Assembly: GCF_009914755.1 (NCBI RefSeq)
Contig: NC_060928.1
Direction: 5' to 3' (one strand)
DNA: 64,000 nt
Source of the DNA: the human T2T-CHM13v2.0 reference genome, Homo sapiens
Positions 1-17,859 of this stretch are shown here, one piece after another. The notes under the pieces are model-generated. The model was given only the letters and a program-made list of their open reading frames with translations. It was not told the origin of the DNA and did no database searches. Within the stretch, counting starts at the first letter, position 1; every line of letters begins with the position of its first letter. The position numbers were made by a program, and so were the translations under genes.

Positions 1-300
1 GACAAAGTCTCGTTCTTTTGCTCAGGCTGGAGTGCAGTGGTGTGATCTCGGCTCACTGCACCCTCTGCCTTCCCATATTCGAGCCCAGTGGTGCGATCTT
101 GGCTCACTGCAACCTCAGCCTCCTGAGTAGCTGGGATCACAGGCGCCCGCCACCATGCCCAGCTCATTTTTGTATTTTTTTTAGTAGAGATGGGGTTTCA
201 CCATGTTGGCCAGGCTGGTCTCACACTCCTGACCTCAGGTGATCCGCCCGCCTCAGCCTCCCTATGTGCTGGGATGACAGATGTGAGCCACTGCGTGCAC
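1..300 (-). mobile_element. Alu (AluS-like) with internal rearrangement, cut by the window start
   Basis: Antisense Alu motifs (CAGGCTGGAGTGCAGTGG...CTCCTGACCTCAGGTGATCCGCCCGCC). The CAGTGGTG.GATCT.GGCTCACTGCA block occurs twice (about 35-60 and 86-111). Confidence 0.95.
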
Positions 301-575
301 TACCTTTTACTCAACGCTCCAGCCAGGCGAAAGCATTTGTGGGGATGGAGGGTGAAACGGTGGCTGCCCTCATCCTTTGAGGCAGTAGCAGGGGACCTCA
401 GAGTGAGGTCATGTTCTACAGTTTCTGATCTGGGACCCAGTTGGGGGGCAGCGCTACATGGATGTGTCCACTTGATAAGAATTCACTGAGTTGAACGGTT
501 TTGATACTTTCTCTAAAAATGTTGTACTTAACACAGTTACCTGCAAAGGCCCCCAAGCTCAGGCCCACATAGTAA

Positions 576-1034
<459 letters not shown>

Positions 1035-1788
1035 TAGGCTCAGAGGAAATGGTCATGGAGGATTCGGGCTGACCACTGGGAACTCACGGTCCAGCGAAGG
1101 GCAGCGGTGAACAGCTGTCCTGGCTTTGCCCCTGCGGCAGGCCCATAGAATGACGAGAGCAGTTGGCATCCACAGCATTTCCTGAGCAGATGCTGCCCTT
1201 GCTCCCAAGCTGCTCCCAGCCTAACAGAGACAGAGGAACAGCAAGTGTCACCAGGGGCAGGGCCAGGGCTGTGGGAGCCCAGAGGAGTGCCTTACCCAAC
1301 CTGAGTCGGGTGAGTCAGGAAAGGCTTTCAGGGGGATATGACCCCTGGGATGGCCTGAGGGCCATGCAGGAGGCGGGGCAGGGAGCAGAGGCTGGGCTAG
1401 GGGTTGGGGTGCTCCTGACCAAGGAGCAGGCTGGTCCCTCTGCCCAAATATTGTTCCCCAGGCACTGACACAGTTCACTCCCAGTGCCCTCAGCCTCCGC
1501 TCAAACGTTCCCTCCCCAGTGCGGGGTGACATGGGGCTGGTTCAGGGCTGTGCCCACTTGGTGAAAGTCCATCAAGCTGTCCTCTGATGACATCTGTACT
1601 TCTTCATGTCTGTTATAGTCCAATAAGAAGTGGGAAGTGCCTGAAAATATTGGAAGAGCTCGCCAGGCTTTCCACGCCTCTCTGTGACACCCTCCTTTGA
1701 GCGCCTGCATTCCTGGGAGTGAGATGGTTGTCCGTGGTCTCTCCCCCACGACAAGATGGAAGTTCTGCCCAGCTGTACGCTGGGGGTC

Positions 1789-2647
<859 letters not shown>

Positions 2648-4396
2648 GTGTAACCTGAACAAGCTTCTTGCAGATATCTCTTCTGGCTGATTTGAAACCC
2701 CAGTGAACGATTGGTGTGCAGATGGAGCCTCATGAGGGCCATGGTCTATTGCCCAGTTCATGAGTGTCTGGGGAGAGAATGGACTTGAAAGAGGAGCTAA
2801 GGACTCAGTGCTGATTTTAACAGCCAGAGGCCTTCGCTGGACTTGGGGTTCCAGCTGCTGGGGCTGCAGCAGGCACTGGCATAGTTGTCAACAGCCCCAT
2901 CAGCCAAATGAATTATTTACAAGTTTTCAAGAAAGGAGACTGCAGGCAGCTGTTGGACCAGACAGAGGATAGAAGCCTCCAGGAGAAATAGGCAGTTTTC
3001 AAGGTTTCCTGGTATAATGATTCATCCAGAAATTTATTTGAAAAATTCATTTGTATCTAGTGGTGATCATGGCACGTCAAGACAGGGCCCTCCTGAGTTT
3101 CCTGCCCCTCTTTCAGTGCCAGGGAGCAGAAGAGGGAGGGGGGCAGAGGAAGCAACAGTCATCTGGTAGGGAGCTTGATGTCTCCAGGGTTCAGGAGGGG
3201 GCAGCAGGTGTGTCCCGACTCTGTTCCTCAACCTGCCGTGTGAGGCTGGGGGAGTCGTGTCCTCTCTGGGCCCCTGAATCCTCATCTGAGACCTGCACAC
3301 AGGCCACGTGGCTCTAGGGTCCTTCCAGCTTAGCTGTCCTGAGTCCCCTGACCTTGATGACTGGCTGGATGTTATGCCCTTTCAAGAAGTCTGTCTTTGG
3401 CCCCATGAGGCTGTGGCTCAGGGGAGGGTAGGGCATGCAGGAGAGAAGGCACCAGCTCTGGGGTCAGACACACCTGGCTTGGTACCCGGCCTTGCCCATG
3501 CACCTGAGTAACCTGCGCTAGGCCCTTCCTGTCCTTGCCTACACAGGGTGGGCACTCGGATGGCACCTCCTGGCTTTCAGGGAGGGAGTGTGAAGTGGGG
3601 CCAGTGGGGTAGCTTTGGGTGGGGCCCTGTGGGGTCTGCATACCCCTGGAGCTGAGTGACAGCATGAGAGGGTCACCAGCACAGCCGAGGGCCTCTCCTG
3701 CTCCACCTCCAGCCCCTCACTCAGAGAGCCCCCAAAGGCACGACTGCCGGAACCCAGTCCCTCGGCAAAGGCACGCCTGCCAGAGCCCAGTCCCTCTGGC
3801 CGGGGCAGGGCCTGACACTTTGGCATGACCAGCTTCTTCCTGCACAAGCTCTGGAAGGTCCCATTTCTCCCTGGGGTGACCCGGACTTGAGGCCACGTCA
3901 GCAGTAGGCCATGGCTGGGAGGTGCCCATTTCTCTCGAGTTTGCACGAGGCACAAACTTCTGGCGTGGACAAGAGAGGGCGGGGGCCTGGGCAACTGCTT
4001 TTGCTCTTTTGGCTGAGAAGGAAAAAGTGACTTCCAAGAACTGAGGCGCATTCTAGAATCTCTCTATTCTGAAAGTGACCTTTCTCTGAGCCGGCACTCC
4101 TAGAAGGAACTGATTCTGTCCATGCAGGCTGCAGCTGGGCATTAGGGCAGAAGGGAGGGCGGGAAGCTGCTGGGCTTCTCTTTGCCCCAGAGAGAAGCAG
4201 CAGTGAAGATGCTGGGATTTGGGGAGTGTGGGCTCTGGCCTGGACAATTGGGTACCAGGTCTCGCATGCCCCCAGCTAATATCAGGCAATTTACCTTAGC
4301 CATCCTTATGCAAAATGAGAAAGGAGCCCTCACCATGCGGGGTGGCTGGGAAATGTCAGAGGGTGTCCCCACATCCTGGGTCAAGAATAGCCTTCG

Positions 4397-4758
<362 letters not shown>

Positions 4759-5559
4759 CTAGCTGCACCAGCCCAGCAGAGGTGTGATGGGGACTCCTGG
4801 GCTGCCCCTGTCAAATGGACAGGGGTGCGGGGAGACACAGAGGCAGCTGCAGCTTCATCTAATGTTTTCTCCCATTCTCTCTGACTCTGATCATCTGAAG
4901 GTGGGGTGGGATGTGCCATGCATGGGGTGTCATTTGCCTCGAAATCTTCTTTTCTGTCCCAGTATTATCTCAGTTGAGGAGAAGGGCAAATTGTCTGCCA
5001 TCCCAGGGGCTGTCAACTCCCACCTAGTCAGTGGTGCCGTTGGGGCAGCCCCAACGCTCATGCTTCCAAGGGCCCAGAGGTCTAAGCCCAGGAGGCACTC
5101 AGTGAGTGCCTGTGGAATTAGAGTCGTTCATTCCCAGGTACCAGATGCCTCTATGCAAAATCGCACAGCCCTGCTTCTTCCAGAGTGTGCACGCGTGTCT
5201 GTGTTTGTGCATGCACTTGCGTGTGTGTGTGAGATCCCTCACTCTGGGAGATGGGAACATGAGTCAGCAGTGTCAGGTACTGAAACCCTGCTCTAGGAAG
5301 ACAAAAGGAACCTTCTTGGGGTACCCCATCTGCAGCTCTGCTCTGGTCTGGGTCAGGGTGGAGCAAACCTGTGGGGTGAATGAGAGATCACTCGTGATAA
5401 GTAAGACAACACCCAGCCATGTTCTAGGGGGCTCAGTGGCACCTGGCACACTTACCCTGAGACGACTCATTCAGCTGCTTACTGGGTGGTCTTGGGTCCA
5501 CCTGGTCAATCTCCCTAAATGTCATCTTCAAAGAACCAGAAGGAATGCAATGGAAGGAG

Positions 5560-5700
5560 CTCTGGCTACGAAGAGTGGCTGGTGTGGTTGCCCTGCTTGG
5601 CCACTAAATTTGTGAGTGACCTTGGGCCAAACACCTTTTCTCTGGGCCTCAGTTTCCCCATCTGTAGAACAGAGGAATGAAGACCATCCTCTGGGTCTTA
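5560..5700 (+). mobile_element. MIR fragment
   Basis: Core motif GTGACCTTGGGC...CTCTGGGCCTCAGTTTCCCCATCTGTA. Confidence 0.8.
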
Positions 5701-5899
5701 GTTATGGAAGGTACCCTGGCTTCATTGGGTGTGGGGTTGTGCTAGGGGCAAAAGGAGGTATTAGGGATGGTGTGGCATGGGAGAGGCCCCAGGCTAAAGG
5801 CAGAAGCAGGCAGTTTAATCTGTAGGGTGGGACCCATGGGGTGCAAGTGGAATTTACCTGAGCGGACTCCAGGAAAGTTCCCTAAGGGAATAGATAAGT

Positions 5900-6175
5900 G
5901 GTGCTCACCCCTCCTGACCCCTGCCCTTCCCTTCTTCTTGGCTGGGATGCAGATGTAGTTATTGGAGCTCTGGCAGCCAGATTGTGACTTTGAAGATGGG
6001 CACCACATACCAAATATGTTGAAGCAGAAAGAGAGAAGCAGACAGTGTGGGGTTGTCACACTGGCCCCAGACTGCCCATCTCCTGATATCTTTTATTTTA
6101 CCTGAGAGAGTAAACCTTTCATCTGCTTAAGCCACTGAATTCTGCCCTCTGTTGTATACAGTTGTACCTAGCCCT
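5900..6175 (+). mobile_element. Old MaLR LTR (MLT1J/K-like)
   Basis: GGAGCTCTGGCAGCCA...AGCAGAAAGA...GACTGCC...TAAACC...TTAAGCCACTG pattern. Confidence 0.6.
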
Positions 6176-6357
6176 ACCTTGCACTACCATCCCATGGGGC
6201 AAAACTCCATGCAGGACCTGATGGTACAAATAGAGGTGAAGACAGTGAGAATATGTTTGGGAGATTCCAGGAAGAAAGTGAAATAACTATTGGAAAAGCT
6301 AATGGAGCATGTCTGCTTGAAATATTATTACTGTTTTGTAGGAGATCCTGTTTGGGC

Positions 6358-7543
<1,186 letters not shown>

Positions 7544-7559
7544 AGAAGACAGGTGTTAT

Positions 7560-7870
7560 AACACCTTTTTCTCATGACATCCTCTCAACAGCTCTAAAGG
7601 GTAGCTGGTTTTTGACAGAGTAGGAAACACATTTGGGAAAGTGACTGATTTACTCAACATCACACAGGAGTGAGTGCCAGGGGCTGAGGCTCGGGAGGGC
7701 AGGGCCGTGCTCGCCCTGCACACTTCTGCATCCTCAGCTTCTCGCTTGGTGCTGGGCACATAGCAAGGGCTTGAAAATACAAGTTGTAATAATGGTGATA
7801 GCTATTGGTCCTTGTGCACTTTCTCTTCCCAGCACTGTTCTAAGCGCTCTATTGATATCCTGACACTGTT
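7560..7870 (-). mobile_element. MIR fragments
   Basis: CCTCTCAACAGCTCT...GACAGAGTAGGAAAC...TACTCAACATCACACAG; CAGCACTGTTCTAAGCGCT. Confidence 0.6.
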
Positions 7871-8425
7871 TGGATGGAATGTGGGTGAAGGTGGTCATAG
7901 AATGCATCTTCCTCTGCCTGGTTTCCTTACCTTTCCTAAACCTTCCAGGGCACTGGACGGCCCTTGCCCTGCTCCTTGCCCTGCCTTTCGGCGGGGAGGG
8001 AGTTGTCTGCGGGGAGGACACTGTCCATGAGTATCTGCTGCTTCTCCATTCTTTGCCCCAGCTCTGGGCGTGGTCAGCTCCTTCCAGCCGCCAGGCCTGG
8101 GGAAGCCCACTTGGGGAGGTTGCGTGGCCTGTGCTGCTTGCGGCTGGGCGGTGACCTAACCCTGGTGGCATTAGGAAGTCATTGCTACACATCTGCAAAT
8201 GTTCTGAACCCAGCCTTTTTTTTTCTTATTTGATAAAGGTGATATTTTATATTCATTCCTGTATGCCTGATGTCTTCATCCCTAGGTTCCAATCATAGGC
8301 AGGGTAAAAGAGAGAGTATGGTTAACTGAGATTTCACCCATGAAGGAAATCCACGTCGCATTCCTGTGGGGTGGGTGCTGAGGTTATGCTCATTTTGCAG
8401 ATGGGGACATTGAAGCACAGAGAGA

Positions 8426-8458
8426 TGAATGAATGAATGAATGAATGAATGAATGAAT
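8426..8458. repeat. (TGAA)n microsatellite next to a MIR core
   Basis: Direct reading, about 8 units. Confidence 0.9.
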
Positions 8459-9544
8459 GGACAGTTTGGCCCCAAAGCTCAGGGTCTTCGAAATGAGAGA
8501 CTGCCTTTGACAGGAAGAGCCAGGTTTGGCCGGAGGGAGCAGGGCAGGAGCTGGGCCTGGCTTGGTCGTGAATGTTCTCGGTGGTGAGGACAGACCCTTG
8601 GACAGGAGAGCCAGAGGCCCTGACACTGTGACTGACTTGCTCTGTCGGCCTCGCCAGCTCCTTTCTCACATAATGTCGTGGCCCAGGACTTGGGTCGCTG
8701 TCCCCGAGTGGAGGGCAGGGTGGGGTCTCCATCCTCTCCCACCTCCTGCTTTTATCACAGGGCTGGATGCCGAGAGGGCCCGGGGAAACCTTGCTGAGAA
8801 AACTGATGCCTTTTAAACATTTGAAGTTGCCCGTTTTGACTTTTAGTTGGAGAGAGGACATCGAAGGCTGAGATCTCAATGCTGAGCCTGCTCAGCTATG
8901 TCCCTGGTGGGGTGACAGGCAGGCGGGGATTAGGGGGAGGCCAGGGTGGTGCCGAGGGGAGGACTCCTGTTCCCAGCAACGGCGCTGAGCTGCTTCCAAC
9001 TCTGTGCCCAGCTCAGGGCTGCTGAGGGTGGCTGGAGAGTGTTTAGCCAGAATGCAACCAAGGCCTTCCCGGGCCATCTGGAGAAGTCCTCATAGAACTT
9101 GCCAGGGCTTTGTACCTTGAGCTGGGAGGGTGCCAGGTCTGATTTTCCACAGTGAAAGGAACACCTGGAAGGGACGAGGTGGCCACGTAGACTGGAACCC
9201 CCTTTCTCTGCCAAGCCCGAGGCTGCTCTGTCTTCTCGATGTTCCTCTCCCCATCGATGGCCATAATGGCACCCTCCCTTCTTCCCGCCTTCGTCCAGGG
9301 CTGTGTACACCCAGTTCAGCAAACAAAATGCCCCACAGGCAGGCCTGGGGGCAGCCCCAGCTCCTATGCCCAGGCAGTGCTCAGTCTTGTGGGGAAGCAG
9401 CCAAGGAAAGAGGTGGCTCTCACATCTGCAAGCAGCACTGGGGCCATAATAACAATAATTTCTAAAGACCTCCTGATAGGCCAGAAAGCTTATAAAGATG
9501 ATTTTACTTAATATTTGCCTCAAACTTCATGACACACATTAAAA

Positions 9545-9640
9545 TCTTTGTTTTGTCTTTGTAGACAAGGAAACTGAGCTTGGAGGAGTCAAGGAATGTG
9601 CCCAAAGTCACACAGCTATAAGAGAAACAGCTCCAGCCTC
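9545..9640 (-). mobile_element. MIR fragment
   Basis: GGAAACTGAG...TGCCCAAAGTCACACAGCTA. Confidence 0.75.
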
Positions 9641-9899
9641 TGACGGCTGATCCCAGGGGGTTGGAGGGCTTGTCCACTTATCTTCTGCTGTTGACAGATG
9701 GGAACAGAGAGCTAGTGGGAGCCCAGAGGAGGCACCAAACTTGGGCATTCCTGGAGGCCTGAGCACACCACTGGGTACTGAGGAATGAACAGGAGTTGGC
9801 CAGCGGAGGAGGTGAGGGAGAGCACACCAGGTTCCTCGCCAGACAGTGGCTGTGGCTTTTCCATGTCATTTGGTGTAGAAAGGGCAGTTACTTTGAGAA

Positions 9900-10480
<581 letters not shown>

Positions 10481-12709
10481 ACCGGAGGACTGGCATCCAA
10501 ACCCACACCACACTTCCAGAGATCAGCGAGGAAAAGACAGCTCCATCCCTGCACTTGTCCCTCCGTGCACTCATTCCTGGCTCACACTCTCAGGCGCTGA
10601 TTCCTCCTGCCGTTCCTTTACCAGGACACCCTGTCCTGGGGGGCTGGGTATGTGGGGTTGAATGGGATGTGGTGACCTTGCTGGAGTGGGCCCTTTGGCC
10701 ACAGAGCTAAGGGGCCCCTACAGGGTGACACAGCACAGTTGACAGATTGGGGTCTGTCTGCAAAATGTTTGTTCCAGGCCCACAACAAGTACAGAAATCA
10801 GAGTATTTGGAGACTTTCTTGTGGTCTGGCCTTGCGGTATCACCCGGGCACATCCCTGGGAGATGGCTCACCTGGCTGGAGCGTGTGCACACACCTGTTC
10901 ATGCAGTGAGTCTCGTGTGCTAGTCACACTCAGAAGGACTGCAGATGGCCTAGGGTAGGTTAGTTCTTCCCACAGATGGCTGGACATGTGCTGGCCCAAG
11001 GAACCCCGCTGGGAGAAGGGGTGGTGGTCAGGGGGCCTTCCTGGAAGAGGTGTTTCCAGGGTGACATGAGCTTCAGATTCCACCTCCTGGAGCCCCATCA
11101 CCCTGGTCTCCCTGGCATGGGGGTTGAAAGCTCACAGCTTCTCATGGAGACCCCTCAGGGAGACCCACTCAAAAGACCTCCCAGTGAACCTCAGGAGTTT
11201 CTGGGCCTCAGGGGAGGCCAAGGGCGTAGAGAAGCAGGATTGGAGGAAGATGCATTTCAAAGGAGGCCCAAGAATTTGCAGCTTGGGAAATATTCCTGGA
11301 AAAGTTCAATGGGGCAACTTGTGGAATTCCAAATATTCCAAGTTTACAAGAAATGAAAATTTATGTTCCTGGGCCATGAGGGCCGAGGAGGCCTCTGGAG
11401 ATCAGCTTGCCTAGGCTCTCGTTTTAGGGGCAAAACTGCCGGCTCCAGAGGGGCAGCTCTGCAGTGAGGCGGTGAGCCTGGGCACTTCTGGGGAGCATGT
11501 GGGCCGGTGTCGGGGGATGAAGGGGGCTGCGGCAGAACCAGGCACCCAGTGGTGTGGATCCGGGAGCCGAGCCTCAAGACGGGAAGCATTTGGGACAGGT
11601 TCTGTGGGCCTCGCTCCCCATCCCCGCTGCTTGGGCAGAATTGCATCATCTGTGTGTGGCCATCCTGCTGGGCTGCCATCTCCTGGCTGGCTGGGGGTGG
11701 CCTTTCTTCTTTACACCCCAGGCCAGCATAGTGGGTGGCTCGCAGGAGGCTGCAAGAATAAATAAATACCACATGCCCTCCACTCCTGGACACCACCCAC
11801 TGCAAGACGTGGTGGCATCATCTCCACATCACTAAGAGGAAAAACTGCTGCCAAATAAAGCATGTGTGGCGCTTTTCCTTCTGCCACCAGCTGACAATCT
11901 GAGGACATTGTAAATGGCAATGAAACATCACTCATGCGTTGCCAAAAGTGCATGGGACTTGCCGGCCAACGACAGGCTCAAGTGTGAGGGTGCTGGGTGC
12001 AGCCCATCTCAGAGACGGGAAGTGGGAGAGTCAGTCGATGAGCTGGGATCTTTACGTCTCTTTATTTCTGTATCTTCATGTCTTATTTCTACTTTCATAG
12101 CTAAGGAAACCGAGGCACGGGGAGAGCCTGTGGCTGCTCTAGGTCATCCAGTTTGAGGGGGAAATGCTTGGGTATGAGCTCCCTCCCAGGACCCAGCGTG
12201 GTGCCCACACATCATGGATCCAGGGTGGTATTTGGAGAGACTGGGACTCCCTTGGGAACCCAGCTCCCTGGCGGTGCCCTCGAGAAAGGGACCTGTGCTC
12301 CCTCCAGCCTCCTTATTCAGCGCAGGCAAGGCCCTCCCGCAGCCCAGGCCTCAGGGGTAAAGCGAGGTTGTCCAGGTAGATGAGGTGTGTGCAGGAAAAG
12401 CTGAATGTGGGAGGCAGAGAACCTGCCCTGCCGTGGACAGCCACACGTGGTTGCGTGTTGGGCACTCTCCTCTTCGTGCCTCCAGGGGCCCCTCTGCCCT
12501 CACTGGGGAGTGGACTTCTGCTCACCTATTCACCCAGTGGATGTGAAGGATGCACTGGGAAATGGTGGAACTGGGCTCTGTGAGCGGCAAAGTCCTCCGC
12601 GTATGGAGTGTGTTTTGTGAAAACAAAATCCTAGCATCCTAGCCGTGATGATCTTCCACCTTCTCTCAATCCAGGGTCCCCAGGATGTCTTTTCCTGAGC
12701 TGAGGTTGA

Positions 12710-13290
12710 AAAATAATTTTTTTTAAAATTTGTATATTTTACTTTTTAGATTCTCATGCTGTCAACGTATCTTTTTCGGTGCACAGAGTTATGAATTTTA
12801 ACAGGTGTATGGATTTGTGTGACCCCCCCCCCACTGCAGTGAGGACGCAGAACCGCTTAGTCGCCCCAGAGAAACTCCCCATGCCACCCCTCGTCATCCA
12901 GCAACCAGTGACCTGCTCTCTGTCACTTTAGCTTTGCCTTATTGAGAATGCCACATGGCTGGGCAGGGAGGCTCACACCTGTAGTCCCAGTGCTTTGGGA
13001 GGCCGAAGCAGGTGGATCCCTTAAGCCCAGGAGTTTGAGATCAGCCTGGGCAACATAGTGAGACCCTGTCTCAGTGAAAACAAAAAAGAACAAGAGAATG
13101 CGGTGTACATGGAAACCCTCTGACAGAGACTTTAGAGCCGCTGTTACAGGAGTGCTCCAGGTAGCAGGGCTGTGAGCTTGGCATTGCTGCCCATGCCAAG
13201 GGCCCTTCCTTTTCCGTGCTGAGCAGCATCTGTGTGGGCTGTAGGTGTTGCCTACTTTGTTCATCTATTTACCTACCTGTTTGGTTTGTT
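12710..13290 (-). mobile_element. L1MC/MD-like 3' end, interrupted by an Alu monomer
   Basis: GAGTTATGAATTTTAACA..., GCAACCAGTGACCTGCTCTCTGTCAC...TTTGCCTT, TTGGTTTGTTTCCAGTTT. Confidence 0.7.
12957..13093 (+). mobile_element. Alu left-arm monomer (FLAM-like)
   Basis: Single arm with A-rich tail; GAGAATGC repeated on both sides. Confidence 0.85.
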
Positions 13291-13856
13291 TCCAGTTTAT
13301 GTCTTTTGCCACATATGGGACATTTTCAGCCATTATTTCTTTCAATATCTTTTTTTCTGCATCAACCACTTCCTCTTCAGCTTCTGAGACTCTGATGAGC
13401 ACAAACTTTGGATGTTTTATTGTGATCCCATACGTCTTTGTTTATTTTTTAATTGTATTTTTAATTGAGATGTAGTTCTCCTGACATCAAAGTCACTCTT
13501 TTATCCATTTTAAAGTGTCCGCGGGTTTTGGTAAATTCTGTGTTGTGCAACCATCATCACTCCCCAGTTCCCGGGCAGCTCCACCACCCCAAAGGGAAAG
13601 CCTGTGCCAATCATCGGTCCTCCCCAGGCCTTCCTCCCCCATCCCACCCCCAGCAACCACTCAACTATTTCCGTCTCTGTGGATTTACTTTTTCTGGACA
13701 TTTCATATAAATAGAATAATAGATGTGGCCTTTTGTGTCTGGTTTCTGTCACTTAACATGCTTTTACACGTGTTCATCCATGCTGTGAAATGTATCAGTA
13801 CTTCTTTCTTTTTATGGTTGAATAATGTTCCATTGTATGAATATGAACATGCTATA

Positions 13857-14296
13857 ATTTTTATTTTTATTTTATTTTATTGAGACAGGGTCTTGCTTTG
13901 TCACCTAGGCTGGAGTGCAGTGGCACAATCATAGCTCACGCAGCCTCCACTTCCTGGGATCCCAGGATCTTCCTGCCTCAGCCTCTCGAGTAGCTGGGAC
14001 TACAGGCACATACCACCACACCCAGCTAAGTTTTGTATTTTCAGTAGAGATGGAGTTTTGCCATATTGGTCAGGCTGGTCTTGAACACCTGGCCTCAAGT
14101 GATCTGCCCACCTCAGCCTCCCAAAGCGCTGGGACTAGAGGCATGCACCACCATGCCTGGCTAATTTTTGTATTTTTGTAGAGACAGGGTCTTACTATGT
14201 TGCCCAGGCTGGTCTCAAACTCCTGATCTCAAGCAATCTTCTCACGTTAGCCTCCCAAAGTGCTGGGATTACAGGCGTGGGCCACTGCGCCCAGCC
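13857..14296 (-). mobile_element. Alu composite: right arm plus two left arms
   Basis: Two successive left-arm blocks (about 14030-14161 and 14162-14296), each preceded by the T-rich linker. Confidence 0.9.
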
Positions 14297-14678
14297 ACAT
14301 ACAACAATTTTTTATCTGTTCATTAGTTGGTGGACATTTGTTTCCATTTTTTAGCTATTTTGACTATCAACATTTGTACACAAGTTTTTGTGTAAACATG
14401 TTTTCAATTCTCTTGAACACCTAGGAGTAGAATTGCTAGGACATCACACGACTCTATGTTTAAGTTTTTGAGGAACTACCAGTCTGTTTTCCATACTAGG
14501 TGCATAATTTTAAATTCCCACCAGCAGTGTATGAGAGTTCCAACCTCTCTATATCCTTGGCAACACTTGTTTTCTGGTTTTAGTTACAGCTGTCTTAATA
14601 GATGTGAAGTGGTATTTCACTGTGGTCTTGATTTGTGTTTCCCTAATGACTCATGACCATGAACATCTTTTCATGTGC

Positions 14679-15036
14679 TGTCTTAGTCTGTTCCTATGGC
14701 TACAACAGAATACCTAAGACTGGGTAATTTACAAACAATAGAAATGTATTTATCACAGTTCTAGGGAATGAGGAATATAAGATCAGGGTACTGGGAGAGT
14801 TGGTGTCTGGTGAGGGCCCACTGTCTGCATCAAAGATGGTACCTTCTTGCTGTGTCCTCACATGGCAGAAGAGGTGGATGGAACAAATCTGCCACTCAAA
14901 CCCTTTTTATAAGGAAATTAATCCAATTCATGAGAACAGAGGACCCCCCAAAGAGCCCATCTCTTAAGACCACAATCTTGGAGGTTAAATTTCCACATAT
15001 GAATTTGGCAGGGACATCAACATTCAGGCCATAGGG
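14679..15036 (-). mobile_element. MaLR solo LTR (MSTD/MLT1A-like)
   Basis: TGTCTTAGTCTG...AGACTGGGTAATTTA...GTGTCCTCACATGGCAGAAG...ACATTCAGGCCATAG. Confidence 0.88.
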
Positions 15037-15594
15037 CGTGGTTACTGGCCATTTGCAGATCTTCTTTAGGGAAATGTCTACTCAGATCCTTTCCTCATGT
15101 TTTAATTGGGTTATTTGTCCTTTTTTTGTTTACTTGTGAAAGCTCTTTATATATTCTGGACACTAGACCCTTATCAGATATATGATTTGTAAACATTTTA
15201 TCCCATTCTGTGTGTTCTTGTTTCACTTTCTTGAGAATGTCCTTTGCAGCAAAAGTTTTACATTTTGATAAAGTTCAATTTAAATTTTTCTTTTGTTGCT
15301 TTTGGTTTAATATCCGAGAAACTTGCCTGATCTAAGGTCACAAAGATTTACACCTATATTTCTTTCTAAGAGTTTTATAGTTTTAACTGTTACATTTAGG
15401 ACTTGAGAGTTGTGAGTTCAACTTTGTACGTGATGTGAGGTAGGGATCCACATTCATTCTTCTTTGCATATGAGTGTCCTATTGTTCCATCACCATTTGT
15501 TAAAAAAAGATTTTTTCCTTATGAAATGATCTTGTTACCCTTGTCAAAATCATTTGAGCATAGCTGTATGGGTTTCTTTCTGGACTCTCAATTT

Positions 15595-16058
<464 letters not shown>

Positions 16059-16751
16059 TAGCATCAGCTTATTCATTCTGTGCAACACACCATTGGAATT
16101 TTGATAGGAACCACACTGACTCTGTAGGCTGGTTTGAGGAGTATGGGCATCCTAATAAGTCTAGTCTTCTAATCTATGAATACAGAGTACCTTTCCATTT
16201 ATTTAACTCTCCTTTAATTTCTTTCAACAATGTTTTGTAGTTTTCAGCGAATAAGTCTTGCACTTCTTTGGTTAAATTTATTGAGTATTTTATTCTTTTT
16301 GATGGTATTGATGCTATTTTTTTCTCAATTCCACTTTTGGGTTGTGTGTTGCTTGTGTACAGGAATCCTACTGACTTCATATATTGATCTTGCATCCTGC
16401 AAAATTGCTCAGCTGTTTATTGGCTCTAATACGATTTTTTGTAGCTTTTATAGGATTTTCTACATATAAGCTTGTGTCATCTCCAAATTGAGAGTTTTAC
16501 TTCTTCCTTTACAATCTGCATGTCTTCTAATTATTTTTCTTGCCTAATTGCCCTTGCTAGGACCTCTAGTCAGTGTAAACCAAACTGAGAATGGGTGCCT
16601 TGCTTTCTACTTGCTCTCACTGGGAGAGCACCCAGTCTTTCACCATAGGGTACAAGTTAGTTGTGGATGTTTTGCAGACACTCTGTCAGGTTGGGGATGC
16701 TGCCTTCTATCCCTAGTTTGTTAAGAATTTTTATCAAGAATGGGCATTGGT

Positions 16752-17080
<329 letters not shown>

Positions 17081-17157
17081 AGGGCAATTGGATTTTGTGT
17101 TCATTTTTAAATATTTTCTTCACTGCTGTTCATGTTGAATAATTGTATTGCTTTAGC

Positions 17158-17485
17158 TTTCTTTTCTTTTCTTTTTTTTTTTTTTAAAGGGACAGTGCCC
17201 TGCTCTGTTGCCCAGGCTAGAGCACAGTGGCACAATCATAGCTTACTACAGCCTGGAACTTCTGGGATCAAGCGATTCTCCTGCCACAGCTTCCAGAGTA
17301 GCTGGGTCTACAGGTATACACCACTATACCAGGCTAATTTTTTTATTTTTATTTTTATTTTTATTTTGTAGAGATAGGGTCTTGCTGTGTTTCCCAGGCT
17401 GGTCTTAAACTCCTGGCCTTAAGCATCCTCCCACCTCAGCCTCTTGACGTATTGGGGTTGCAGGCATGAACCATCATGGCTGGCC
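17158..17485 (-). mobile_element. Alu (AluJ-like)
   Basis: Diverged antisense dimer. Confidence 0.92.
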
Positions 17486-17859
17486 CATTGGTCTATCTTC
17501 AAGTTCACTCACCCGTTCCCGTGTCATTTTTGTTCTACTATTGAGCCCATACAGTGGGCTTTCACATTTCTGATTACTTCATTTGAAAGTTCTGCATTTT
17601 TCATGTGGTTCTTTGTAGCTTCTGTTTCTTTGCTGACATCTCCTATCTTTCCTCTGAACTCAATAGTGTTCACCTCTTCCTCTTGGATTACTTCTGCAAC
17701 ACTTGCTTTAAAGTTTTCATAAGCGAATTCCAACATCCGGGTCATCCAGGTATTGGCGGCTGTTGATTGTCTTTTCCACATGAGCTGAGGGTTTCCTGGG
17801 ACTTCCTGGGCCACATCATTATGGGTTACATGGTGGACATTTAAAATTTTATGTTGTTA

